Assembly: GCA_030141605.1 (NCBI GenBank)
Contig: JAQGDQ010000390.1
Span: 156,331 to 220,330, forward strand
DNA from: Tubiluchus corallicola
Taxonomy: Eukaryota; Animalia; Priapulida
DNA: 64,000 nt
Reading direction: 5' to 3'
The notes under the pieces are model-generated. The model was not told the DNA's origin and searched no databases. It saw only the letters and a list, made by a program, of their open reading frames with translations. The translations under genes were made by a program, and so were the position numbers. Below are positions 37,382 through 50,532 of the stretch, piece after piece. Position 1 is the first letter of the stretch; each line of letters opens with the position of its first letter.

Positions 37382-39589
37382 AGTTGCTATTTTAACTTGT
37401 AAAGTTTGGCACACAGCAGCTTATAAACTGAAAGCGAAACTTAAACTAGTCTGCAATTCTAGGTCTCAGAGAGCAACACGCGTAAAGACCTCACGGTAAA
37501 GCTAGCACACATAAGAGACGCTTGAGTGCACAGCATCCGAGCACGAATGATCGCATCAGCATCAGTGGTACTCCTAGTCTAAACGATGAGGCTTGCAAGC
37601 TTTTAAAGCTCTGAAAATAGATTGAAGCTGGCGTTCTCTGTCGTAAGACGTATTGTTTATGAACATACTACTGGCATGTATATTGTCAACAGTGTGCTAT
37701 TCGTAATGCACATTAAATATTATATTGTTGCAATTCTTATCATTATGGAGTTTAAATAGACTAAACAGGAAAACACACTCATGGCAACGTAAACCTGAAA
37801 GTTTAATCATTAGAGATGGAGCAAATGTAAAAATATTAAATTTTTGAAACAAAAAGTGAGAAAATATGGAAAAAACAAGACTGAATCTATTACTGAACCA
37901 GGGACCTTCGGTAATTAATACCTTTAAAGTGGCATGACCTAAGGTAAACTAACAAAATTTAAAGTGTTACCACAGTTACCCACTATTTTTCGTTTACTAT
38001 GTTTTTCTGTACAATAACAATACATCGTAGTAAACAAATAACATGGATATGCAGCCACTAGGAAATCCCAAACAATGATTGAGGTTTACCATCTCAAAGG
38101 CAACTTATAAAAAACTAGTGGGACCGACAGGGCAAACCAGGCAAAAATATTTTAATGCCTCCTTATCAACGGTCAACCCCTTCCCCCACGCTCCCAGCCC
38201 CACTCCCAAAATTGATTTTTTTCATAAATTTTTTATGTATAATATTATAATAAAGGATAATAGTAACTGTGTGTTAGGCTTATGCATGTATTGTGGTGTA
38301 TTAATAAAGTGAAGTTAATTACCTATCTACAGTTTTTGAAATTGAATTTATGACACTATTGTTCTCTTTATGAACTCGCCAGCTTTTTTGCCTTTCGTTC
38401 CCTATATTCCATCTTGAAGGCTTCGATTCATATAGGTTCACCTATCATAGTTAGATAAATAATATTGTAAGAATTTTTTATTAATGGAAGTGTCATTCTA
38501 TAAGCACTTACATAGAAACTGTGGGCAAAAGCAGTGTAACAAGTCAGTAGTGTCAGTATGAAATGACACAATCTTACGAAACTAAATAAGGCAAAAACAG
38601 AACTTGCTGATATCGACGAATAAATATATTCGACAAGAAAATGACGCAAGTTGTTCGTTTAATTATTAGTGTTGTGCACATAAGGAATTACACATACATA
38701 CGCTATTAATTGTACTAAACTTAAATATTAAAGAACTACTTCCAGAATTTGGTGCCCTAGACAACTGCCTAGTGGTAGAGCTGGTCCTGGGGACAGAAGA
38801 CTTTAAGAATCTGCCCTCATGGAAAGGACGAGTAGTAAAATCTACCCAACTCCCTTTTAACATTGTAACATTATATTGTCATCAAGAATTATCTTTGATT
38901 CTTATATGAGAGGGTAGAGATCTACTCGCATTATTGCAAGATAAGTTAACCTATTGGTGCTATTGTTAGTAGATAGTTTTTACATAATGCAAAGAATTTT
39001 GCATGACATTTGGACGAAGATAAAAACAGCATGTTTGAGTTTGTGGTGTTTGCTTAGCGACTGAAATTAAGTAACACTGAGCCTAGTCAGTAAGTGGATT
39101 GGTGATTGCCAGAACAACTGATTCTGAAGACTTGATTTGTTTATGAGTTAATCAATTCATTGGGGGTGTACATCAATTCAAACAAAGACACCTCTATAAG
39201 GTTAGTGTTCTGTATTTGAGGAGCACACTTAACAAGGAGGAGCTTGCTGTTGGTCCAATTACAACTATTCACATCTAGAAGCCCTAGGCTGTCATTGTCA
39301 TTATTATTGTTTGCTGGCTACCACCTTGCTGTGTAACAAACTGTCTAAGAAAATAAGCATGAATAACGTGCCATCTATGCAATCTCACAAGAAAAAGTTT
39401 AGAAGATCTTATGGAATAACTGAAATAAGACATGCTTGTTTATTGAAAACATTACAATGTTACAATGTAAAGTCTACATGTTATAAAAACAAGCATGGTA
39501 ACAACAGTGGCACTGATTTTACCCGTGTGTTACATGTCATTCTTAACCAGCATAAAATCATTCTTCTACCGTATACTTTAAAGCTGTTT

Positions 39590-42047
39590 TCATTTCATTT
39601 TGCGTTTTTTTACTAAAGCATTCCGCAGTGCCAACTGCTTCTCCCTAAATGACCGCTTTCGTTTCGATCTCATTTTCTGTTTCACCATCATGAAGGGTTT
39701 TGTCTTCTGTTTTTCTTTGTTTGATGTACTCATGTTTACTTTATCTTTGCTCTTCCTGCCTCCGCGATACTTCTCCCTCCCCACACGCCCAGCCATCACC
39801 GTCTCCAGCCGGGACTCTTTGTCGTGCTTCCGTTTCTTGTGTATCCTCTCTATGCTTTCCAACCCAGTCAATTCTCCTTTTTCATTTGAGTATTCCCTAG
39901 CTTGAGCACGAGAGCGCTTTCTTCCACCAGGTTTTGGCTGAACTTCCCTGGCTATCTCGTGTTGTCGCATTTTATTAAAATCTTCTTGGGTGAGAAGTCG
40001 GGACTGGGAAACCAATGCAGCTTTACTTATCCGCTCTTCTGCACTGCGAGGGACCTCTTCATTCTTTTCTTCCACTCCTTCTTCCTCATCAGAGGAGTGT
40101 GGTAGATCTATCCAACCATCACTGTCATCATCGTCATCATTCTCGCTAACTTCATCGTCGTTAGCTTTGGGAACATTTTCGCCTTGTTCTGGTTCAACAA
40201 CAGAAAGGGTTTCTGCTCCAGGTATGTAATCTTTTGCCTCGATCTCGCCGTACTTCAGAACGCGTAATTCGTCACGTGATTCTGTCGGTCTGCCCCTGTC
40301 CTTTTTATGCAGTAAACTAGGATTGACGTTTCGGAAGAGCTGGATCAATGACCGAGCTGCCATCACAATGCTCTTGTCTCTGTTTTTCTTGTACTGTGCC
40401 AAATCTTGTAGCAAATCTTCTTCCATCACTAAAGGACACCTAGCACAGATCTCTCTCACAGCATTCAGTCCGACTGCGATTACTTCGTTCGAGTTGCGCT
40501 CTGTAACAAAATTGTTTACGACTGTCATGACGACTGGATGAATAATATCTGGGGGAATGAGTTCGTGTGCCGACCAAGCGGCGTACAACAGCATCTTGGT
40601 GACCTCACGTTGATGCGGCCGTAGAAATCTCTGCAGGAATGGGTAAAAGTTTAACAGAAAAAGCTGATGGATCCCGATTAGTTTGGCGATGAGGGCCATC
40701 GTCATGACCTTAACCTCGAATCTGGTGACAGTCGCCTCGAGTCCACGAAACAGCTTCTCGGCGAATGTCTGTGGATCATGCAGTAGATGCAGAGCGGAAA
40801 AGTTAAATGTCTCCGATTTTGTTTTCTTTTTCTGTTTTTTCAACGCCGACTTTGCACGATCTAGTCGTTTTTGTCTCTTCTTCGTTCTCTTGCCAACTCT
40901 GAAGGCAAGCATGAGTTCAGACACAGACTTCTTATCGTCTTCAGCATCACTGTCGCTATCACTGTCATTTGTCTCCTCGTCGCGACCAAGAAAAAACTGC
41001 AGCGCTGCCACCTGCAGCTTGGTAACTTTTGATAAACAAGCTGTTGCTATGACATTAACAGTTTTGGCATCGTGCCAGATGTTTTTTTTGTACAGTTCTT
41101 GCATTATGTCAAGCGACATTTTTGCAGCGATTGGATTACTGTCTCTCAACATGGTGTACATGAAATTCTGCAAAGACGTGTTTACTTTATTGTTCTTTGA
41201 TTTGCTATTGATATTTTTGACGTCGGTGATGATGTGTCTACACAACATTTTTCGCAGCTGTTTGTCCTGACATCGCAGCAGCTCAAAGAAGAGTTCATTT
41301 AAGCTAAGTGGACTAATCAGGCCCTTGTTGCGGAGCAGGATCAGAGCTCGGCAGAATATTGCACGCATGTCACGATTCAGATTTGTGCTGTGACTCTGCA
41401 GCAATGAGCGCAGGTCTTGTGGAAAGTCTTGCATGTCTTCTGGATAACAATGCGCCACCTATAAAAGTAACTAAGTATTAAATTTTAAAAATATATACAT
41501 ACTAATATACAAACAGTAATTTCTTAAATGTGTTAAGCGAGTTTGGCAATATAAGGAGATCCATTAATACACACATGTCTATGCAAACATAGACATTTTG
41601 TTTTGGCGAAAATATGGGCATTAAGGGAGGTTGGCATTATGAAGGGGGAACCGTTATGACAAAGTTTAACTGAAAATATAAGCATTTTAATGCAAATTAA
41701 AAGAGATTATTACTTGCTTTAAAATGACAAAATGAAAGCAGGAAAACCTTGTTGTTTGCTAATATGTTTGCTGGAAGTACAACTTAAACTTAACAAGTAC
41801 TGAAAATCAAAAGTTAGGTATTCATTTAATTAGTTAGTTAATTAAATCATACCTGAGCAAAAAACATGACAAGCTCTGCCAGCGTCTTGTTATATTCTGT
41901 GGGTTTGAGTTGGAAAAGCTCCACGTTCGTTTTGTAGTGGTTGTGCTGTTGTGTAAACTCATCATAATAGCATGCCGGATCACGCTTGATCATGTTCTGT
42001 AGCTGAGGGAGATTGTTTGGAAGCTGGTTGCTAGTTCGTTTTCCCAT
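39590..42047 (-). CDS. SDAD1: Protein SDA1 homolog (60S ribosome biogenesis), ~687 aa; exons 42047-41853 and 41458-39590
   Basis: N-terminus [22 protein letters not shown]; motifs [51 protein letters not shown] and [14 protein letters not shown]; C-terminal [15 protein letters not shown]. Phase-0 GT-AG intron. Confidence 0.97.
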
Positions 42048-42383
42048 TATGCTATTATTATCTTTTTATTACCTCTAGTATCTGTAATTTCAGAAAAATA
42101 AAGGTAAACGAGGGTTTCGAAAATATGAGGTCCAAATTTCATTCTCAAGAACAAGAGCGAACAGAGCATTTGTCTGAATGTTTGTCTTAACCAAAATAAG
42201 AAACTGGTATGTAGCTAGCAGGATGCCTTCAGCTTAAATAGTGAAGGGTTGAAACAAATAAACATTGAAACAGCAATGGAATACCGAAAAGATGTGGTAG
42301 TAGCACGTTTGGAAGATGATGAAGAGTATCAGCAAACCAGAAGTGCAAACTAAAACAGGAAAAGTAGAAAAATCAGTGAAGTG

Positions 42384-42404
42384 TGATCTCGCGTGATCTC
42401 GCAG
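42384..42404. promoter_or_regulatory. Tandem GATCTCGC motifs (TCTCGCGAGA-like housekeeping promoter element) upstream of SDAD1
   Basis: GTGATCTCGCGTGATCTCGCA about 340 bp upstream of the SDAD1 ATG; function is inferred. Confidence 0.3.
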
Positions 42405-42789
42405 GCATATTTGCGCAGGCTCGTTAGGTTCATGACGGCACTATCCCGAGTAAACACCAGAGTGGTACCTTCTCCTACTTCATTACACAAAATAAGTATT
42501 TAATTTGTGTAGCGGATGCAAAACCCCATTTTTGGTTTTACTTTATTTTCCAAATTTAACACTCGCACATTGCTGCCACCTTCAGTAACTGCTTGGCTTA
42601 TTACCACAGTTGTAACTTCTCTTTTCAAATTGATGCACCACATGGTCATGTATGGCTTCGGATAATTATGCTTAATGCCCCCATTCGAAAATTGTGGCAG
42701 TATAGGTTTTCTGACATTTGGAACAAGTCACGTCACATCAAAGCCTTGTTTCTCTTGTAAAACTGTAACTTTTATTAGTAGTAACATTA

Positions 42790-44160
42790 TTGTTTTACCA
42801 TTTACCATTGTGCCTCACAACTCTCATTACGCTTTTTCTTCTCTTTTGCAAATCCTTGGAGTGTGGTATAGTCCCTCAGGACTGGTTAGATTGTAATGTT
42901 ACCAACTTGACATGTGATGAATTACACCCTATTTCTCTATCTTCTTTTGTCTCTTGTATTGAATCTCTTTTGTGGGACGATATACTAAAATTCTTCCTAT
43001 CTTCTCGCCAAATCAATAATAATCAACATGGCTCTTTACCACAACGCTCTACCATAACAAATCTTCTCGAATGCTTAAATGACTGGTCCCAATTCTTTGA
43101 TGACCCTTCTTTACCATCAATTGATATTCTATATATTGATTTTAGAAAAGCATTTGATTCTGTTCCTCTCGTTGTCTCATGTTGTAAATGGAATTTGCAG
43201 GAATAAAAGGGAAACTACTCCAATGGTTACATCATTTTCTAAGAAACAGAAGGCAAAGAGTAGTTTTAGATGGGGTAACCACTTCCTGGACAAATGTAAC
43301 CAGTGGCATTCCTCAAGGACTTTGTCGAGACCTTATTGTTTTCTTATTTTTATCAATGATGTTACTGATTGTGTATCCCCTGACACCTGTACACCACTGT
43401 TTGCTGATGATATAAAACCTTACCGTCCAATTAGAAATTCCTCTGATCAAGGATCTTACAAGCTGACCTGTCTGAAATTGAACACTGATGTGACAGCTGG
43501 TTAATGTCTCTCAAACGTAGTAAATGCAACGCACTTCGAATTCGTTTTAATTCTGTAATTCTGCAATACCTTATTATCTGATATATCGTGTTACTGAAGA
43601 AAAATCAGTTGTACGTGATTTAGGTGTATTAATCTCAGACAACCTTAAGTGGAATTCACATATTGAGCATATTATTTCTCAGGCCAATAGATGCATTGGA
43701 ATGACAAAATGCTGCATTTCATCGCGTAGTGCAAAACTTATTGTACCTCTTTATAAAGCTGTAGCCAATACTAGAATATGCGTTGTTTGATCACCACAGT
43801 ATGTTACTCTTAAAAATGCTTTAGAAAAAACTCAATGGAGATGTATTAGTTTGGCCTCTGATATTCAACCTGACTCTGTATCTTCTCCTGAACAACGCCA
43901 TGATAAAATAGATCATTATTAATTGTTATAAAGTCATTAGTGGTAGTTCTATTTTGCATAGTGACAATTTTTTCTAGACTACTACGTGATTTACGTGGAC
44001 ACAATTCTAAATTATTTGTACAACACTCTCGCACTAATATCAGAGCTCATTTTTTCTTGTCTCGTGTGGTGGGCCCTTGGAATTCACTTAATAATGAAAC
44101 AGTTGACACATCAAACCTGCCGCAATTTTGCAAATTGTTGAGGAGAGACAATCATTAACC
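42790..44160 (+). mobile_element. Degenerate 5'-truncated CR1/L2-type LINE (RT and C-terminal region)
   Basis: Frameshifted RT motifs QHG..PQRSTITNLLE, DILYIDFRKAFDSVP, FLRNRRQRVV, SGIPQG, FLIFIND, LFADDIK, DLGV.ISDNLKW..HI and RGHNSKL...FFLSRVVGPWNSL. Confidence 0.9.
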
Positions 44161-44829
44161 GTGTTATGGTTAGGTCTAATAGACTTTGCAAGCAAGCATA
44201 ATAACTCAACCTTGTTTACATCTGTTAAAGGTCGGACACTGTACAGCATGTATTTTAATATTTAACCCAGTTATTTTAATTTCACATAGTGTCTTCTAAA
44301 TTACTGCTAATTAAACTGAATTTCAATAAGATTTTAAATTATGATCTGGCAAAAACTGCAGGCTTCTGTTATGTTAGGTACTTTGTTTATAAACAAGATT
44401 TAAACAAGAAATTTTGGAGAGCACCTACACTATTATTTCAACCTTTTTCTTTATTTGAAAAATTCACCGAATTCAAAAATGCTTTGCTTTTCTAAGCGTT
44501 TGCTAGTACCTTTAGATATCGGCAGAAGATATAAAGTACTTTAATATTGAAATATTTCATAATAGTTTGTTCAACACAATATACCACGCTAACCTGCAGG
44601 AGGCTGACATGTTTAATTCTAGATGAGACTTGTGGCGCCAACGAGTGACGATATAACAAAAATTAAACTTAGGGCAGTTGTTTCGTCGTTTCCTCGGTGT
44701 CCACTCTATCTGGTTAGATAGGCAAAAATGAATATAACCGTGCAAAACACAAGTAACGTAATCAACGTTGATACTTTATAAACCGTTTATGACTATTGTT
44801 ATTTTGGCTAAAGTTCCAGCACGATACCT

Positions 44830-46090
44830 CTTCTTTTTCTTGTTTCCATTCCAACTGCGTTGCTATTTGTGGCTCTTCTGACTCAACCAGATTTTGGAAA
44901 TTTATTTCTATAGCACATTTCTTATCACTGTACATTTGAATAGATGCTCTGTTGTATCTTCTTCTTTACCACATAGTGGGCACCATAGATCTCCTTTAAA
45001 CTCACTTCTATAATTACATTTGAGTGTGGCATATTAAGCTTTATCTCTAAAACCCTTTTGTCTGTTCTGGTGTTAACTCAGTTATATACTGCTAGGTTTA
45101 TCACGCTCATAAGTTAAGAACCTTAACTTAGTTTTTGGGTGATGTGTACTAACTTTCTTTAATAAGTTTTCTTGTTTTCTTTTACATGCTTCTTCCAGAC
45201 TAACTTTTTAAGAGTCTTTATATGCACCAACTGTATATTTATGTCATATTTCTCACTTAGACTTCTAACTTCTTCTTCCCAACTTCCTTCTATTTCTTTG
45301 ATTCACATACTTTCCATCATCTTTCGTGCATCTCTGGATTCACTCAGATTTACTAGATTATGTAAAAGCATCAGTCTCTTGTAATCTATTCTTTGCTCAA
45401 TCGGCCACACACCTATTTCTATTAGCATACCCCAATAACTAGTTGACACCTTCTGTGATAATAGTTTTTGTAACATAACCTTCTGAATTTCTTCCATCCT
45501 GTCCATTTCTACTTTTGTTACTCCACTCCATGTTTCTGTATTATACATCACTTTGGATATCATAGTTGACTCTAAGAAGTTCAGCATTATCTGCATTGCA
45601 AATCTACCAACTTTGTTTTTATCACTCCAATTTAAGACATCCCTCACCATACATCCCACTTTTTCTTCTTTTAGAAATATTTACATCTTTTTTCCAATTT
45701 TCTTGTATATAATCCCCTAGATATTTATACCATGTGGTTTCACCAATATGCCCTTTTTTAACTCTTACTCTAGTATTATGTTGAGTAGTTTGGCTTCCTT
45801 TTTTGTTTCCTCTTCTTAGTATCTGTGATTTTTTTTGTGCTAAAAGTCATTTTTTGTTCTTTCAAAAAACCCACAATAATGCACCACATTATGTATTTGC
45901 TCATCATTGCCCATACCCGCAATGTCGTCTACATATACTCTTGCATTTATTCTTAAGTTAGGTTCCTACTGCAACCACTAGACTACTTCCAACACTGTTA
46001 ACTCTGTCAATTATTACACTGCACATTCTAGGACCCCATACTGTTCCTTGATGCACTACTTCACAAAGTTCTAACCAATTAGTTTCTCCC
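44830..46090 (-). mobile_element. Degenerate non-LTR retrotransposon (3' half of RT plus a CCHC zinc knuckle)
   Basis: Minus strand encodes QGTVWGP, YVDDI, YKYLGD, MYNTETWS, EIGVWPIEQRI and CPLCGKEEDTTEHLFKC, with stops and frameshifts. Confidence 0.85.
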
Positions 46091-47507
46091 TTGTTGATGT
46101 TGCTTGATATAATATGCTCGTGGGTTCTATAAAAATTATCTACTTATTTGGGAAAACTTATTACCTGATGGTACACAAAAAATCGTTTTTGTCCTGCATC
46201 TTCCGAACACAACAAACAACATAATAAACATTTAGATAGCTTAATTGTTTCCAAGGAATAAATTGTGCAGACAATATTATACTGGCTTCTTCTTTACCTT
46301 GTTAGCATTTTTACTGTGTTTATAAATTGGAACAACATATTTTTTCAGGAAGGTGGTAAACCCATTGCTTTTTAAGTAGCCTACAATTGTACCAGTTAAT
46401 AAACATTTTAAGTACCTACAACTGCATCACTTAATAAAATTTAGAGGAAAATTAAATAATAATAATAGTACAAAAGAACTGCATGCTATCTGATAACACG
46501 TGGCTTTTTTATTTTTTATCCATTCAAAGCAAAAAATATTATTTTTATTTACAATCAACAGACGAGGAAATAGTTCCCTGCACAGCAGGGCAATCAGATC
46601 AACAAGCTTGCACCACAGCAACATTCAACAAAAATAAAAATGATTTAAACTGAGAAAACAACTTTATAACAGTTCCAGCAAATTTAACTGTTGCAGTTAA
46701 GAATACAAGTACATGCAGAAATTATTACTATAACGAAATAGACTACATATCTCGAAATACCGCTGAATTTAGTATAAACTATAAACACAGTACAAAAGGT
46801 ACAAACGTGTGCAATGAAATATTTAAATACAGGTGTAGAGAGGTTCAATGAAGGAATGAAACTTCGAAACATGTTTAGTTAATATTATTATAAAGGTTCA
46901 GTGACTAACAACAGCGCACCGAAAATGTCAAAACCTGCACAATGATAATACAGAAAAAATAATTTGTAATGAAGCCCACGGAACTTCAAAACAAGCCTCA
47001 ACATTACAGTAAAGCATAAGCAGATGAAACAGCATACTGTAATAAATCTTTTTACATAGGCAAACATGGAATGTAGGGAGTTAGCACTGAAATTTAATTC
47101 TGGTTCTAAATAACTACTGTGCATATTAATTAAATACATATTCAACAAACTTTAAAAAATATTAAATGTTGCACACATCGTGAAATAGAAAACCTAACAA
47201 GAAAACCTCAAGTATTAGTATCAGTACCACTCCACTCTTATATAAACTATGCACTAAAAAAAACAGGTATATAAAATTGCATAGGCCGACTAAAAATAAG
47301 AAGAATTATCAACAATTTTAATACAAGTACACTCGTTTACGATATATACATAAAGATTTATAACAGCAATGTAATTAAATGATTTTGCAGTAAGTACTCA
47401 TTGGCGGCCCACCAATATCACAGACACTAATACATTTTTTGATATACGGTACCTTTTGGAGCCAGGAATGGATCAAGAGATTAGATCAAATACATAATAC
47501 TAGTCGC

Positions 47508-47870
47508 ACCTGGTAAAAAATCTGTTTGCAGCAACCTGTTTGATGCAAACAGTCTGAGACAAAATTTGCCTGCATGCAGCAGCTTTTGCATGAAGCTAAC
47601 TATGGCACGAATAACCTTTGTAAACAATTATTATAGATGACATGTGACCAAACAATTGCTTTTTATTGGTTGAATCTGGTTTTATGTGATACAAATTTCT
47701 GTACAAAGCCCGCACACGAGAGCAAGATAAGTTTGTCTTAAACTGAAAATTAAACATGTTAATAAAAATCTGTGAGAAAAATTTGGTAAGACTACATTTA
47801 TCGAGCCCGCAGACGAGCAAAAACCTGTGTCAGGCAAGTTGTTGCACACACATTTTGCAACGTGTGCACC
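47508..47870 (-). mobile_element. Second copy of the 15483-15815 element
   Basis: Reverse-complement similarity; ends CGTGTGCACC. Confidence 0.6.
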
Positions 47871-49608
47871 CTGTATGCAATGTGTACAAGATTAACCATT
47901 TAGACTGAAGTTTGTTTAATGCAATTTGCTATTTGCTAACCCAACTCTCTATCACCACAAAGAATAGTTTATTATTGGTGAATAGACCCACTATAACCTG
48001 CACAAAGTTTACACATATAACCTGTACACAGTGTACAATATGGCCTATTTGTAGGCAGTCTTGGTTAACAACTGTACTTTTTGGATACCACACGTTTGTA
48101 TTTCTTGCAAAAATAACACATTAAAACCAGTCCTGAGGAGCAGATGGAGTAAACACCCGCAACGTGAATAGGCTGAAATAGCGAGCACATCACAGGATAA
48201 AGAATATGGCACGAAAGTCTGTTAACAAACAATGCCAAATAAGGACAATAATTAGCAGTTTCATCTTAAAACAAACACCATAAGTTATATCAGACTCATG
48301 TAAACTTGGGTGTACATGGGTTGCTGAGCACATAATGAACTCGAAAGTTAACAGAAGCATTTATAAAAAAACATGTAATTATCCCATAGTTTGTATTGCT
48401 ATCAAGGTGGATGAACGCAATGTACAAAAGTGCAATAGTTTAATTAATTGTTGTCGTGTACATTACTTAACAATTTAAACAATAACGTAAGGAAAGTTTT
48501 TATACTACGTATCGTTTGCACTGTGTTTCAAAAATAACCATTATATGTTTACAATTTAAGAATAATACAAAAAAGGCTGAGGTTGTCTAAAGTCTATACA
48601 AAATATATGAATTCTCAACAGTCTTTATAGCGATATGCATCTTCAGCAATTATACATAAACAACAAAGTGCGTCGGCAAAGTGTGTCGGAAAAGGATAAT
48701 TTCCCACTCCCACTTACTGATTGACGATGGTAAGTTGTCATTAAAGAAAAACTGCTTTTATTACTTTACAAACCAATCACAAAATTTCTGAGCAAAAACC
48801 AACAACAAGTAGCAACCTATAAGAGAGACTTCACAAAGAACCAACAACATGACATTTTTAAATTAACTTCCAATAGACTAACAGGCCGTCACTGCTAATA
48901 ACATGAACAACTGACATATTATTAACTCCTTCCTGATAGTAATATATCTCCCCAATCATTTCCAAGGGGAAAAATCAAAAGTTTTAGTTCTCCAACTTAC
49001 TGCCTTTCAAATGATAGCAAATTTAAGCATCTACTGCAAGGGTATAAATGCGTGACATAGAAAAATAAAAGTTTTAATTCATGCAAGACTTTCATATTAT
49101 CAGCTGCTTGTCTGTTAGAAAGTGGGCAAAATTTCTCTCTGTTTATGTACAGTATTTACATCAGTAATTTAGCAGCTGACCAGCATGTACAAAGTAAATT
49201 TTTTAAAAGAAAATTTGAAATATGCAGATTTCAAAACATTCCTGACCAAACATTTGTACAAGTTTATTCATTTATTTTGCCAAATTCATCTCTGAAATAC
49301 AAAAATTGAACATGCAAATGTAATTTTTCTATTTCTATCCAGATATTGCACATGGCAAAAACACTTTCAGCAGTTTTACACACGGTGGTCAAAACAATTT
49401 AAATGTTCACAGTCGGAAAGGAGATAGAGCATTCCCTCAAATTACATAAATGTTTATTTATGTCCACATGTGCAAATGACTGGTTTGCTTTTGCTTGAAT
49501 AATCTATGTTATACATACACATAGTGGCAAGACACCAGCGAGGTACTCATTGTAGTATGTGTAGTGTGCTATAAACTATGTGAGGTAATACAAATGAATT
49601 AACATTTA

Positions 49609-50077
49609 GGGGCCCCATCCACTTACAACAATATCAAGTTTTTGGCCAATTTCAAGGACTCACCACCTGCTTACCCCTTACATTAATATTGACTTTATTG
49701 ACATTAATATTTTTATTCTTCCTCCTCCCCCAAGGACTTATACTTACACAAAGCAGTTTTTCATGAAACTGTAGGCAGTTAATAAGTGTGCAAATTCACA
49801 ATTGGCATGTATCTGGGGAAAGTTATAGCATGTTGTGTTTTAGCTGTCGTGGCAAATGAAAAAGCTCATCAAAAATAAACACAGCGAACAGATATTTCAT
49901 GGAGAAATTGGCAGGTGCTAGGATCAGCACAAAATGGCTGTGCCATTGCAGCATCGTGTGAAATCAGATAACGATAACATGACTAAATCACCTACCTATC
50001 TTACATCATAATGGTGTTATCATGTCTCCTGTCACCTACCTACTCTAAACTTGATATCGTTATATGTGGATGGCCCC
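49609..50077. mobile_element. PIF/Harbinger (Tourist-like) MITE
   Basis: ~30-bp TIRs GGGGCCCCATCCACTTACAACAATATCAAGTTT and AAACTTGATATCGTTATATGTGGATGGCCCC, flanked by TTA on both sides. Confidence 0.8.
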
Positions 50078-50532
50078 TTAGGTAGATTATTTGCAAATCC
50101 GACAGATACAACGAAAGGATTTACACTACCCTTGCCTCCAAGTGTTGACATTAAGCAGTAAATCAATGAGATTTAAACAATAAACATTCGTGTTTATTGG
50201 AGTTCTGTGTTGCCACATGATAGCAGATACATTTGTTTACCTACGAATGCATAGATGGCGATATTGTTGGAAAACATTTGAATAAAATGCAAGCAAACAA
50301 ATGCAAAACAGCGTCAAAAACCCTCATGCAAGTAAACAACTAACATAAACTGTAAATAATATTACTACGAAAAATGATCAGGAAGTGTCTATGAGCTTAT
50401 CTGTTTGCTCTAAAACTACACAATGACTTATTTATAACGAATTAGTTGCCAGTGGTCAGAATTCTGTCTAATAATCTATATGTATTTACCAAAAATAACA
50501 CAGATAACAATGAGGCCATTGCCTTGATGTTG

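Noticed and set aside
39600-41270. Plus-strand ORFs overlapping SDAD1
   Set aside because: Antisense shadows of a long coding exon.
46100-50530. Short ORFs downstream of SNX8
   Set aside because: AT-rich, with no splice-consistent or recognisable peptides; probably a long 3' UTR or intergenic DNA with MITEs.
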